Positions 12,093 through 25,500 of a stretch of 64,000 nt of DNA are shown here, one piece after another. Position 1 is the first letter of the stretch; each line of letters starts with the position of its first letter. Made by a program: the position numbers and the translations under genes. Below the pieces are notes generated by a model. It was not told where the DNA came from and made no database searches. It saw only the letters and a program-made list of their open reading frames with translations. Source of the stretch: Reclinomonas americana ATCC 50394 (taxonomy: Eukaryota); contig PS015054.1 of NCBI GenBank assembly GCA_048213135.1, positions 23,090 through 87,089 of the forward strand. The letters are read 5' to 3'.

Positions 12093-13579
12093 TTACTGCA
12101 GCTGATGGACTGTGGCTGAAGTCTCTGCCGTGCGACATCGTCTTTGACTGGGCACCACAACGGACGCCGTGGTTGCTGCATGCTTGCCCACCAGATACGC
12201 GGTCCAAGCTGCGTCGCACAAGGTCAGCAGAAAATCAACAAAGGAGGCATAAGTCACACATACGAACACGCACCATTGATGACGGCATTGACATCGAGCT
12301 GGAGGAAATGCGAGCGTGACTGCAAGGGTGTTGCATCCTCGCCACTGCTCGTGGGCAGGACGCACTCGGTGCACGAGGAGGACGAGGCAGCGGTGGCGGC
12401 CTTGGACGGCGTGAGCGCCAACAGCGGCAAGTGGTGGTACGCTGTGGCGGTGGTCGTGGTGGTGGTGGTGGTTGTTGTTGTCGTTGTCGTTGTCGTTTTG
12501 TCTGATGAACAGCGGAGTGAGTGACTGATTCGAGAAATACAGAAACAATAATGATTTCCGATAGAAGAAAAAAAGTCACACACGAGGAAGAAGAAGAAGA
12601 AGAGAAGAGAGAGAGAGAGAGGAGGACAAGGAGAAGGAGGAAGTGGAGTGAGAAGGAAAAAGGGAAAGATGAAGAAGAAGAATAGGAAAGGGGAAAAGAG
12701 GACACACGAAGAATACCACCGCATAACCCCGCCGGGAGCACGTTGCACAAGAGATGCGAATGGCACACACACACACACAAACAGAAGACTCACCACCGCT
12801 GCAGGGTATCCACTGTAGTGGCACTTGCGGCTGCGTCGCCCGCAGCGTCTGTGTCGTTGTCGGCAGAGAGGCCACAGTCAACAAACCGGTCGACTGTTGC
12901 TGTTGTTGCTGTTGCTGTTGCATGGCCTGCGCAAACCGACGCTGCTCTCTTGTCGGATAGAACTCGGCAGCCACCAGCCGCTCACAGTACGAGTCAGTGT
13001 CCGATGACGACGGCGACGCAGAAGGCGACAACTGTTGCTGTTGTTGTTGTTGCGGTTGCTGTTGTTGTTGTTGTTGAGGAGCGATGCGGCACAGCATGGA
13101 TCCAGTCTTGGTCTCCACGGCGATCACACCGGCGAGCCGGAGCCTGGTCGACAACAAACACACACACAAGTCAATTCTTACGTTTTGTGTTTGTGTGGAC
13201 CACAATATGCGGGTACGATGAGACAGCGAAATCGGAAAACAAGCACGTCAGCAACACACACACACATGCCTCACACACACTCTCTCGCTCACTCCCAACC
13301 AGTCTCCGTCACGCGGGGAAGCGAAAAGACACATGTACACACACACACTCACAGAGAGAGGAAAAAGGGAGAAAACCGATGTTCCAGTCCTCACTCTCTC
13401 TCTCTCCCCGTCCCCCCGCCCGCCCCCTCTCTCTCTCTTGCACGCGCTCTCACCTCCGTCGCATGGCACGCAGACGTCGTTTCTGCAGAGTGTGCGAGGC
13501 GGCACGCTTGGCCTGGGTTTGCACTTGAAGCAGTGGAGCAGGTGCAGTCGGTGTTGATGATGATGCGGGGTTCGCGCAA
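12093..13579 (-). CDS. Hypothetical low-complexity (poly-Q/poly-T) protein, multi-exon
   Basis: Open segments (13205-12735, 12510-12275) are bounded by GT/AG and carry CAG/CAA and ACC/ACG codon runs. No domain recognised; ends are uncertain. Confidence 0.4.
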
Positions 13580-14120
13580 GTGACAAGAGACGCCATCTCT
13601 CTCTCTCTCTTCTTCTTTTCAAAAGGCAGCAAAGGCAGACAGCAAATAGAATAAAGAGACGGAATCCGCTCTTCTCTCCGCCGCTTGACGAAAACAATTT
13701 GTCTGTAACCAACCGATTAGGGAATTAATTGCTTGTGGAGAGTGTCGGGTTTTCATTCCCTGCACAGCGCGGGGCGGGCGATACCCCCCACGTGCGGGTA
13801 CGCTTATAACAGCAGTTCCGAGAGTGCCTGCGCTGACCTGACCGGTACACAAAAAAGGGAAACGGCGGCACGTCGTATGGGCGTGCGCGGATCCGGAAAG
13901 AGCGGAAGAGAGATCGACCTGAGAGCACGGCGGGCACGTCACATCGTTTGTTGTGAAATGAATGGGCACCACAATGGAATGATATTCTTTTGCCGAATGC
14001 CGAGATGCGGTACTTGTTCGAGATGCCTCGCTTTTCGTTGCGGATGCGGCGTACGCTCCAAGAGGAAGCATACGCGCGAGGTGGTGTGTGCGTGTGCATG
14101 TGTATGTGTGCATGCCGCAG

Positions 14121-14657
14121 ATCGCTCTGCCTCTCATTCTCGAGCGTGTCCACAGTGCGCTGCACGCGAATGCGATATTGCGAAATAAATCGATTTTTTG
14201 TGCGAGTGGTAACGTCCCACCACCGGCTGGTCGCCAAGAGCACTTGTACTGGTCGGCCATCATCACCAACATCCAACATCGCCCCTCCACACGTGCGCGA
14301 TGGGAGAAGTGCGTGTGCACAGTTTCTTGCATGTTCGTGTGCGCTCTGTTGCTTTCGCGCCAAAAGCAACCCTCTTGCGTCGACAGCAGACGCCGATCAC
14401 GACCGCTGCAGCGCACGACATCACTCACACACTGTGTGTGTGTGCACATGTGTGAGCCCCTTGCGCAAGAGGAGCCCATGATCAAACGATGAGAATCATC
14501 AGAGAGAGAGAGAGCACGAGACACACACACAGAGAGAGAGAGAGAGAGAGGAGGGAGGAGGAGGAGGAGGAGAGACGAGAGANNNNNNNNNNNNNNNNNN
14601 NNNNNNNNCTCTCTCTCTCTCTCCTCCTCCTCCTCCTCCTCCTCCTCTCTCCTCCTC

Positions 14658-14695
<38 letters not shown>

Positions 14696-17659
14696 TCCCT
14701 CCCTCCCTCTCTCCCCTTCTCTCTCTCTCCCCCTCTCTCATGCATTTCACTCACCATTGTTGATTTTGATGACAGGCTCCTTCTCGGTCAAGTTCGCGGG
14801 CTACTTTACGGAGCGTGTCGCCGCGCGTCGCGTGGTGGGCGAGATCTTTGAGTTGTTGCGCGCTCACTTCTCTTCTCTTCTCTCTCTCTCTCTCATTGTC
14901 TCGTGCATTGCACTCACGCGCGCGTTGTTGTTGTTGGTTGCGCAGTGTCATTCCCCACGCGAATCGCAAGGGAGTGCGCTTCGCCAAGGACGTGAGCACC
15001 TTTGCTGTCAACTACTATGGACCGCAGTCTGTGGACGAGCCGACTCGTTGCGCGCACATGCACTCGCTCACTCCTTCTGTGCCACCTCTCCCCCACTCTC
15101 TTCTCTCCTTTGCTTCTTCGCTCTCTCTCTCTGCCTTGCTCACACATCGATCACGAGCCGACTCGTTGCGCGCATGCCTATGTGTCTCTCGTCACGGAAG
15201 TAGAGAGAACGCTCACTCCTTCTGTGCCACCTCTCTCCCACTCTCTTCGTTGCTCAGAGAGAGAGAGAGAGCTCACTGCCTCCTCTCCTTCGCTTCTTCG
15301 TTCTTTCTTCCTTGCTCACACATCGATCACATGCACATCCTTCCTTTCTCTCTCTCTCTCTCTCTCTCTCGCCCCTCCCCCTGTCCCCCTTCCCCCTCCC
15401 CCCTCTCTCTCCCCTCATCCTTCTCCCTTTGCCCCTTTCCAGTCATCGGCCTCGTCCACATCTCCGACGTCCTCCCCCCCGAGGGTGGCACCACCACCGA
15501 ATGGGTGCGCCTACTCCCGACCGAGGACGGCAAGGGAGGCATGCGAAAGCTCTCCCGCAGCACAATTCTCAGCCCGACCAATGGCGGCGACGAGGACCTC
15601 ACCGGCTTGGACACCCTCGCCGCTCGTGTTGAGCTGACCATTCAGCTGTTGCACACGGTGATGCACGACACGTCGGACGGAGAGGGCATTAGCGACGATG
15701 TGCCGACTGACGATGCAGGTGTGTGTTGTTGTGCTGGTGGTGATGGTGGTGGTGAGTCGTCCTCGGCGACTGCTCACCTGGCGCCCTGCAGAGTCGCACG
15801 AGTCCAACGAGCCGCAGAAATCGGGTGCAGGTGCATGCAGCAACGAAAAGGGCGAGGGAGGAAGGGAGGGAGAGCGAGAGAAAGAGGCAGAGAGCGAGAG
15901 AGACTAAATAGAGAGAAAGAATGATAGAGAGAGAGAGAGAGAGAGAGTACGGAAACATGGGTACCCTCTCTCTCTTTCTATATCTCTGTCTTTCTCTGTG
16001 TGTGTGTGTGTGTGTGTCTCTCTCTCTCTCTCTGTCTCTCTGTCTCTCTCTAATTGTCTTCTTGTTGTCTCTCTCTCAAGCAGCTCTGTCCCTCTCCGTT
16101 CCCCTTCTCTCTGAGCGCCCTCTTCCTTTCTCTGTCTCCCTTTGTCTTCTTCTTCTTCTTCTCTCTGTGTTCTCGCTCTCTCTCATTCCCTTGCTGTTTC
16201 TCACTCCCTCTCCCTCCCTCCCACTCCCCTTTCCCTCTCCCTTTGCCTCACCCACAACAACTCAGACAACACACCGGGAAAGAAAACTCGCCGTGGGCGC
16301 ACCTCTGCCAACTCCAGCACCGACAGCTCAGAAGCCGCCGGGTAAGTCGCCATCTCCCCCCTTCCCCTTGATTATGCCTCCCCTCATCCTCGCCACAGCA
16401 CCAAGGCCGTATCCGCAACACCACCCTCACACACACCGCCACCGTCATCGGAGAAGCCACTGCGCTCGTGCCTGCGCAACTCGCTGTCGCCAGTGCAGGC
16501 TTCGGAGCGTGTCGGCTCCGGCCTCTCTCTCAACGCCGTGCGCTTGGAGATTAGCGCGGCCGACGCAAGCCACGAGGAGTTGCCGGTGAGCAACGTCTGC
16601 ACATGTATGCGTGTATGCGTGTGTGAGTGAGAGTGAGAGTGATTGTGTGTGACTGTGTGTGCGTCTGTGTTTGTCTCTATCTCTCTCTCTCACTCTGCTT
16701 CTCTCTCTCGTGTGTATTTGTGTGTGTGCGTGTGTGTTTGTCTCTCTCTCACACACTCTGTGTGTGTATCTCTCGCTATCGCACTCTGTCTCTCCCTCGC
16801 CTTCTCTCTTGTGTGCACGACATTCTCTTCTTTCTGCCAAGGTCCCATCCCTCACCCCCTCCCCCCTTCTCCTTTAAAGCACGCTCGCTCCACACCTGTC
16901 GACGACGACGATGTGGCGTCGCAGGGTTCGGTTGGCTCCACACGTCGACCGGCGCGCAAGCAGTCGATGCGGAGTGTTGAGCCGGAGCGCTTTGTTGCGT
17001 GCCCTTTTTGCGATTCTCCTTCTTTGTCGACGTGCACTGAGTAGAGTGGCGCAGAGGAAACTGGATTTGTTGCTGCACAGCACGTTTGAGTTGCATCGAC
17101 GGGAACCGTGGACCGACTCTGACGGCACAGTGTATCCGCGATTGCGTGCTGTCGTCGCCCCGTTTACCGAGGCAAGCACCAGTGCCAAGTCGAGCCCCAC
17201 TGCCGGATCCGCACCTGCCGATAGACCCAGTGCTGCCGCTGCCGCCGATGACGAAGAGAACGGTGGTGAAGCACTCGATGTGCTGCCGGTCAGCGGACCG
17301 CTGTGCATGGTCGATGTGGAAGCGCCTACACCAGTGCCTGGCCAGTCGGGTCCCGACTGGAGTCTCGATCACACATCGCCTCCACAGCGACGAAGCCGTG
17401 CACACAGCCTCATTCACCGACCACACATTCCACTTCCAGGTGCGTCGCGCGAGAGTGGTGACGCAATGCGCATCTCCCACTGCTTCTCACATGCAGTTTC
17501 ACCCAGATATGGCGCCTGCGTCCGACGAACCCGCAGATTCAGCAGCGGCCGATGCGCGAGCTCGCGTGGCTGCGGATCTTGCAGAAGTCGCGGTGAGTGT
17601 ATGTGCTTGGCGCATGGTGTGCGTGCGGTTCACTCATGTCTCGCGCTCCCTCTGTCTCA

Positions 17660-17742
<83 letters not shown>

Positions 17743-17882
17743 NNNNNNNNNNNNNNNNNNNNNNNGGTCGGTCGGTACGTTCGTTCGTCGTAACGTACGG
17801 TACGGTCGGTCGGTAGTGTGTGTGTCGTCGGTCGCGTACGTGGTGTGTCGTCGGTCGTCGTCTACTACTCGTCGTCGTCGTC

Positions 17883-17949
<67 letters not shown>

Positions 17950-19521
17950 CCCCCCTTCCTCCAATGTGTTTCCCTCTTCTCTTCCCTCCCCTTCCCTCTT
18001 CCCTCCCTTCCCTTTTCCCCTTCTCCCCCTTCCCGCTCCCCGCAGTGCCCCGTTGCTGAAGCCGCCGCGGCAGCCGCCGCGGCCGCAACCCCCGCCTGTA
18101 CGGCATTGGTGAAGAGTGTTGCGGTGGAATTCGCCTTCAGCGCCGGTGTGTTGCGCACGGAAGTGACCATCCCGCCATCGGCCGTCGGAAGGTGGCGCAT
18201 GTGGTACCTGGTGGCGCGCTACCAGGGTCCCCGTGATCCGAAACATCGAGTGCGCGGCAGTCTGCGAGTGGTGAGCCACATGCAGTTGCTGAGTGCGCCA
18301 TGTTCGTGCGTGTGACCTGTTGTGTGCGTATGTGTGCAGGAGACTGATAGGACTCGCATTCTCGAACATGTGGGCGAGATCGACACGTTTACGATACCCG
18401 ACGCGGGCTACAGCGAAATTCGCATGCCTATTCCCAGCTGTTGCGTGTGTGATGCTTGACCTTCTCCATGCAAAGAGACTGAGAGACAAGGAATGAAGAG
18501 AAAGGGAGAGAAGAGACAAAAGGAGAAGGGAAAGAAGGAGAGAGAAGAGTGATAGGAGAAGAAGGGATGAGAGGAAACGAGAAGAAGAGAGATGAGAACA
18601 GAAGCGATGAGGGGGGGGGAGGAGACAAGAGAAGAGACAGGAAGAGACGAGTTATAACAGGAGAATAGAGGAGAACAGATGATAATAGAAGAGAGAAGAG
18701 ACGAGAAGTGAAAATGGGAAGAGAAAGAAACAGAAGAATCAAGGAGAAGGGAAGAGAAGAAGAGAATTGCCGGGAGAAGAAATGAGAAGAAAAGAGAAGA
18801 GCACAGAGAGAAGAGAAGCGAAAGAAAAAGGAGAGAAAGAGAAGAGAAGAGATGGCAGAGAAAAAAGAGGACAGGAGAAAAGAAATGGGAAGATAAGAGA
18901 AGAGAGGAAATGAGAACAAAAAGAGAAGAGAGGTGATAAGAGAGGTGGAAAGATTACAGAGAAACGAGCGGACGAGAACTCCTTTGCCTCGTTTTGCTCA
19001 CATTCAGCCGTACCAGCCGCCCGAGCATTATCCATCTTGGTCGACTGCCGGTACGACGGTACAGTCGGGTGGCGTACCAGTGGCTGGCAGAATAAGGAGT
19101 ACTTGGGCAGCTTCTTGCAGATTGACGAGTTCTACTTGCTCGGCGCCGATGAAGGTTAGTCGTGTCTCTCGTTTCTTGCCTTTCTCCTTCTCTCCACTCT
19201 CGTTTATTGCTTTCCTCTTCCCTCTCCGCGCGTCTCTTGCCTTCCTTCTCCCCACTCTCTTTTTGTCCTCCTTTTCTCTCCTTCTCTCCCCTCTCATCTC
19301 TTGCCTCCCTCCTCCCTCTGCCCTCTCGTCTCTTGTCTTACTCGTCCCTCCACTCCTCTGTTGCCTTCCTCCTTCCCTCCCCTTCCCTTCTCTTCCCTTC
19401 CCCCTCCTTCTCCCTGTTCCCACTCCTTGTACCCCGAGCAGATTATCGCCGCGCAGTCGAACGCTTCCAGACGGTGACGCCCGCTGCCGGATCGCAGGGT
19501 TGCAGTTGCAGCGTGCTATAG
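14121..19521 (+). CDS. Hypothetical multi-exon protein with C2-like segment, C-terminal beta-rich domain and CaaX end (…QGCSCSVL*); start uncertain
   Basis: Frame-consistent joins at the 3' end: RDPKHR|ETDRTRILEHVGEIDTFTIPDAGYSEIRMPIPSSVPAARALSILVDCRYDG...IDEFYLLGADEDYRRAVERFQTVTPAAGSQGCSCSVL*. The segment IGLVHISDVLPPEGGTTTEWVRL is C2-like. Confidence 0.55.
15037..15335 (+). repeat. Local duplication (~118 nt offset) copying an exon end and 5' splice site into the intron
   Basis: gagccgactc|gttgcgcgca occurs with donor G at 15047 and again at 15165. gctcactccttctgtgccacctctc and cttgctcacacatcgatcac are also duplicated. Confidence 0.75.
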
Positions 19522-19554
19522 AATGTACACAAACATTGTCTTGTCGTTCATTAT

Positions 19555-22500
19555 CTACAACGCATTTTGAAGGACTGCCATTTCGACATTCTGATCGCAC
19601 AGCGAATAGACGAGGACAGCCGTGGCCTTCTTGTCCAACGCGCTGCGCATCTTCTCCAACAGGGTGGTGATCCCTCGGCGCTCGCGCTCCACACGATTCG
19701 AGGCCCCGGCGGCTGCCGTATCCGGCATACTACTCAGTGCCACCACCACTTCACCCGCCGCACTGCACGAAAAAAGGAGGGAGGGAGGGAGCGTCAGCCA
19801 CCATCGCATGCAGAATTGACCTTCAACGACCCCACCTCTTCACATCGCCTGGTGGCTGCTTGCGGCGCATGCGATGGAAAGCGTCCACAGTCAGACGGAC
19901 TGTCCGCTGTGGCAGCTCGGTCTGCGCGATCAGTCAGCAACGTGTTGATCACTCTCTCTCCCTCCCTTCCCCTCTTCCTCTCTCTCTCTCTCTCAAGATA
20001 CTGTTCCCGCTTACCGCAGGCAATCCGCTCTGAAGCTCTGCATCTCTCTCGTTCACTCTCTTCTCTTCTCACTTCTTCCGATCTTCCTGCGTGTTCATCC
20101 CTTCTCCCTTGTCAGAGCGATCGCTATCGCACGTGCACGTGTGTGTTGTGAGAGTACCACCTTCACGGTTTCCACACGTTTATCGTGTTGATTTGCCCTC
20201 CTGTCTTGATCATCTTGACTCTCTCTCTCTCTCTCTGATTCTCNNNNNNNNNNNNNNNNNNNNNNNNNNNNNNNNNNNNNNNNNNNNNNNNNNNNNNNNN
20301 NNNNNNNNNNNNNNNNNNNNNNNNNNNNNNNNNNNNNNNNNNNNNNNNNNNNNNNNNNNNNNNNNNNNNNNNNNNNNNNNNNNNNNNNNNNNNNNNNNNN
20401 NNNNNNNNNNNNNNNNNNNNNNNNNNNNNNNNNNNNNNNNNNNNNNNNNNNNNNNNNNNNNNNNNNNNNNNNNNNNNNNNNNNNNNNNNNNNNNNNNNNN
20501 NNNNNNNNNNNNNNNNNNNNNNNNNNNNNNNNNNNNNNNNNNNNNNNNNNNNNNNNNNNNNNNNNNNNNNNNNNNNNNNNNNNNNNNNNNNNNNNNNNNN
20601 NNNNNNNNNNNNNNNNNNNNNNNNNNNNNNNNNNNNNNNNNNNNNNNNNNNNNNNNNNNNNNNNNNNNNNNNNNNNNNNNNNNNNNNNNNNNNNNNNNNN
20701 NNNNNNNNNNNNNNNNNNNNNNNNNNNNNNNNNNNNNNNNNNNNNNNNNNNNNNNNNNNNNNNNNNNNNNNNNNNNNNNNNNNNNNNNNNNNNNNNNNNN
20801 NNNNNNNNNNNNNNNNNNNNNNNNNNNNNNNNNNNNNNNNNNNNNNNNNNNNNNNNNNNNNNNNNNNNNNNNNNNNNNNNNNNNNNNNNNNNNNNNNNNN
20901 NNNNNNNNNNNNNNNNNNNNNNNNNNNNNNNNNNNNNNNNNNNNNNNNNNNNNNNNNNNNNNNNNNNNNNNNNNNNNNNNNNNNNNNNNNNNNNNNNNNN
21001 NNNNNNNNNNNNNNNNNNNNNNNNNNNNNNNNNNNNNNNNNNNNNNNNNNNNNNNNNNNNNNNNNNTCTCTCTCTCTTTCTGTCTGCTCTCTGCTCCCCC
21101 TCCTCCCTCCTCCCCCTCTCTCCCCCTTCTCTCCCCCTTCCCTTCCCCCTTTTCCCTCCCCTTCACTCACCACGACGATTTCCCGCAGCTTATCGAGCAC
21201 ACCCTCCACCGTGCGCTGCACACGCTCGCGAACCTTGCGGCGGCTCTTGGCCGCATGACCCGCCGTCTCCTTTTCTTCCTTCTCGCGCCGCGCACCCGAA
21301 CTGCCCGACGACGAGCCGACAACCTCCGTCACCGCCACACCGTCCAAGAACTGCACATCCAGACCACGCACGCGGAGTATGGCAGACAGGTCACCGCTGC
21401 CGGTGGGCAGGCCGGCCGAACTGCCGGAGGCGCCAACGCTGCCACTGGCACCCACATTGCCGCCACCACCCGTAGCACCACCCGCGGTGGGTCCCGAGGA
21501 GCCAATCTCCGCGTTGAAAAACGCCAGTACCTCCGATCGTGGCACCTTTTCGTCGCGCTTCTTCTGCGAGGCGGCGCTGCGAATGGTCACATGACCAACG
21601 GCGTGCTCGCGCAACAGCACCACCCACGGAATGCCAAGTCGCTTCGCCTCCTCCATTACGGTGTTTGGCTGCGAGAACGGCGTGTACTCGACAAACGCCT
21701 GTGATGCGACAGTGAGCCAACTTCTCTTCTTCCCTTCTCATCTCTGCTAATCTCTTCTCTTCCCTCTCCTCTCTCTTCCCTTCACTTCTCTTCCCATCTC
21801 TTTTGTCGCCTTCCCGTCTCTTCTATTCTTTTTCTCTTCCAGTCTCTCTTCGCTTCTCTTTTCCTCTCCTCTCCTCTCCTCTCCTCTCCCATCCCTTCTA
21901 GTGTTCTCTTCTCTTCTCTTTTCCCGTCCCTTCCTCTCCCTTCCCAAACCTTGTAGTTGGCCTTCCACAACTCGGCCGCCAGTTCCAGCATCTCCGGTAC
22001 CAACTGAGCGCCAATGCTGACAATCATGATATCGGAGCAGGTCGGTAGCCTCAACGGGCCCTTTGACTGCTGCACTCGTAAAGCACATGCACAAGTGAGA
22101 GACCTCGCGTACAATGAATGTGTTCTCCTCTCCTCTTCACTTCAATTCACTAAACTCTTCTCTTGTCTTCTCTTCCCCTTTTCTTCTTCTCAGCTTTTCT
22201 CCTCTCCTCATCTCTTCTCTTCTTCCCTCCCCTCCTCTTTCTTCTCTTTTATCTCCTCTTCCTCCTCTCCTCTCCTCTCTCTTCCCGTCTTCCTCCCCTC
22301 CCCCTCCCTTTCCCGATTCTAACCCTTCCCCTTTCTACCCCTTCTCCTTTCCTCACCGAGGTAACCGTGCTGTGCATAAACTGACAGATGTCGTCAATGT
22401 TGAACACCACCCCACAGGCCCCCAGTTCACGACCCGTCGCCGAGCCCGTTCCCTGTTGCGCCTGCTGCCGGTGCTTGTGATGCTGCGAGGACTGTTGTTG

Positions 22501-25500
22501 CTGCTGCTGTTGCTGCTGCTGATGCTGGAACTGCTGGTGCGCCTCTTGCATCAGCGCGTCGTAGCAACCACCGTGGGCCACACTCACAAAGCGCCGCGCC
22601 CTCTGGCGGTGATCGTCGGGAAGCACAATGAAGAACTGGAAGACCAGGCGGTCATAGTGCTGCGTTGGCGGCGCTACGCCCAAGTCGAATGTGACCTGTG
22701 CATGCGTGTCGTGAGTAGGTGCGCGAATAATTGCGATTCTACTGGCGAAAGACGCAACAAAGTCGAGCACATCGAGAGCCTGCAGATTCTGCAACAGGCC
22801 ATACAGCTCCACAAATGTCTCCGACATGCACGCCTCACTGGCCAACTCCTTTTCGAGTTTCAGGAGCGTGCTGATGGGATTGCCTTTGAACTTGAGGAGC
22901 TCTTTGACGTGCACCAGTCGCGCCGGCAGGATACCGCAGTCGGCGAGTGCGCGAGCCACAGTTGGCCAAGGAGCCTAGTGTCTGCGCGATCAGACACACA
23001 CAAGCATGACCAGAGGAGAAAAACAACAACGCACTCGAGGGTGGCTGCCGAGAACGCGGATAATGTCCGAGTACTCTGCCAGCGAGAAGCCGCATTTGCG
23101 CAGCGCGGCCTTGAGCAGAGCCAGGTGATTGATCTGCGCCACCACCACCACCACCACATTAGCATACAACAGCACGATAGGAGCTAGACAAAAAAGGAGG
23201 CACGCAACTCGCAGAGAGTAGCCAACGCCCATGGCCGGGAACATGTGCACCAGATCGTCCACCACCTCACACACCACCGACAGCAGCTCCGCTTCGGCAA
23301 CAGTGTGTCTGCACCGACGAAGCATACACACAGAGGTCATGTGACCGACGAGGGAAGACACACAGGGTGCGTCAGACAAACGCAACTGGCGCGACTGTGC
23401 CAGCGCACCCTGCTGCATGAGCGGAGAGTCAAAGTCGTCCGGACTGGCGCTGTACTGCACCGTGCTGGTGGAGGGTGAACGGTGACGGCCCTGCAGCCCG
23501 CAACTACCGCATGAGAGAGAAAGAAACCAGCAGGCGATAGAACACTAGGGACTTGCCGTGAGTGTGCGCGCCGGCGTCGACACGCGCTCCAATGACGCCG
23601 TGTGATGCACAATGTCGAAACGAGACATGCGAGTGCCAGAGAGCATGGGTCCAGCCAACGCCGGCAGACTACCAGGTAACACAACGTGAGAACGCGGACA
23701 CGAGGTGAAACTCGCGAGTTACAGGCACGACATTAAAAAACACGCACTCTGACATGGACGAGAACCACGAGTACGTCTTGGCGGCTTGTGAAGTGTCCTG
23801 CAGCTCGGCAACAATCGCCAAGTGCGGGTTACACGTGAGCTCCACAAAGGCGCCAGTCGAGTCCATGAAAGTGGCAAAGTCACGCTCGGCGCCAGAGCCA
23901 CTTGCCACAGAAGGGTCACCGCTGATGCCGAGCTGACGGGCGGCCGCTGTTGGCTTGGATCGCAGGACCGACGGGATGATGCAAATGGCGCCGTGCTTCT
24001 GGTACACCGACTCCATGGTGCGCTGCACGGCCTCGACCAGAATCTGCAACTCGCTGCGCACAACGTGCGACGGCGGCTGCGGCACCAACGCACAGTGTGA
24101 GAGAGACGCTCTTTTCGGTGTTGGCTCAGCAGTCAACTTTCTCTACTCACCCGCGGCGGCTGCGGTAGTGACGACACGAACTCCGAGGTGGGCGCCGGTG
24201 AAAACAGTCGATCGATCAAGCGATGATAGTACGCAGTGCCCGGGTTCGCCACCGTTCGCAGAATCTCCTCGATGTAGTCGTCCTCCTAGCGGCGCGTGTG
24301 AGGGATCGCAAGAACTGGAAACAACACCACGTGCGTCAAATCGCGTGCCAAACCATATTCGGCGGCAACTTGCCACTCTTCAGCAGCTCCACAGCGGTGG
24401 GTCGCATGCGCGGGTCACGGTTGATCAACCAGTCGACAATGTCGGCTTGCGCCTGATACGTCTGACAAAAGTTGGTGTCGAAGCGCGACGAGCACTGCTT
24501 GCGCAGCGTCGTCAGTTGCACCACGCGTTCCGTCGCCGTGTTAAACTGGTGGAACATTTCGTAGAAGATGATACCCTACGGACGAGGAACACGTGAGCGG
24601 CGGTGGCACCCCCGCAAACACGCACGCACGCGACGCGTACCATGCTGTACATGTCGGCACGAGAGTCGTAACGACGCCCTTGCGCTTGCTCAGGCCTACG
24701 AGAGGAACGAGCAAGTGAGAAAGGAATCGTTCGTGCAAGACACACGGCACCAGTGACGCACGCTGCGTAAAAGTACGTTCCCACACCACCGCTGCGGTCC
24801 GTGGCCGCCTCGTCGCCGACAGAGGGCGAGTCTAGTGACGCCAGGTCGCGTGACGACTGGCTGCTGGTGAGCGGACGGTAGCGCGATGTGGCGAGACCAA
24901 AGTCGCCGACCTGACAGCACCAGTGAGTCTTCTCCCCCTACCACGGCGTACATCCGCTCACGTGTGCGTGCGCACGCAACTTTGACGTTGCCGTCCGAGT
25001 CGAGAAAGATGTTGCATGGCTTGAGATCGCGGTGGATGATGCCCTGCGCGTGAATGTGCACGAGAGCCTCCAGAGTCTGCCGGAAGAACTTCCACGCCAT
25101 GTCAGGCTCCAGCTGCCGGCTGTCCATGAGCTGGAAAAACATGACAAAGTGTGAGCGACAATCGCCGACTGGTCCATGGATTAGACGCAAGCACTCACAT
25201 TACGCAGGGTTTTCCGCGGACAGTACTCCATCTGGATGTACAGAATGGCCCTTCGAGCGCTCTCGGTAGCCTACGGTGTGTGACCTCATCGTTAGTTCAC
25301 ACAACAAACACAAACCCCATCGCGCTCACTGCCTCATCTCGGAAACATCGAGCACACCACGATCGATCACACTTTCTCTCACACACATTCGCGCGCTCAT
25401 CTTCGACTCGAAATCATCGAGCACATCTCGATCTCCCTCCTCTCTCTCTCTCTCATACATACACATTCGATGCGCTCACTGCCTCCTTCGATCATCGAGC

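Noticed and set aside
17766-17880. Odd ggtc/gtac/cgt-rich stretch beside a gap
   Set aside because: Looks like low-quality read-end (pyrosequencing-type) noise next to Ns rather than biology.
20091-21704. Long ORFs spanning N-gaps and poly-ER/LS/CV/HT ORFs throughout the window
   Set aside because: Artifacts of gaps and dinucleotide microsatellites that lack stop codons.
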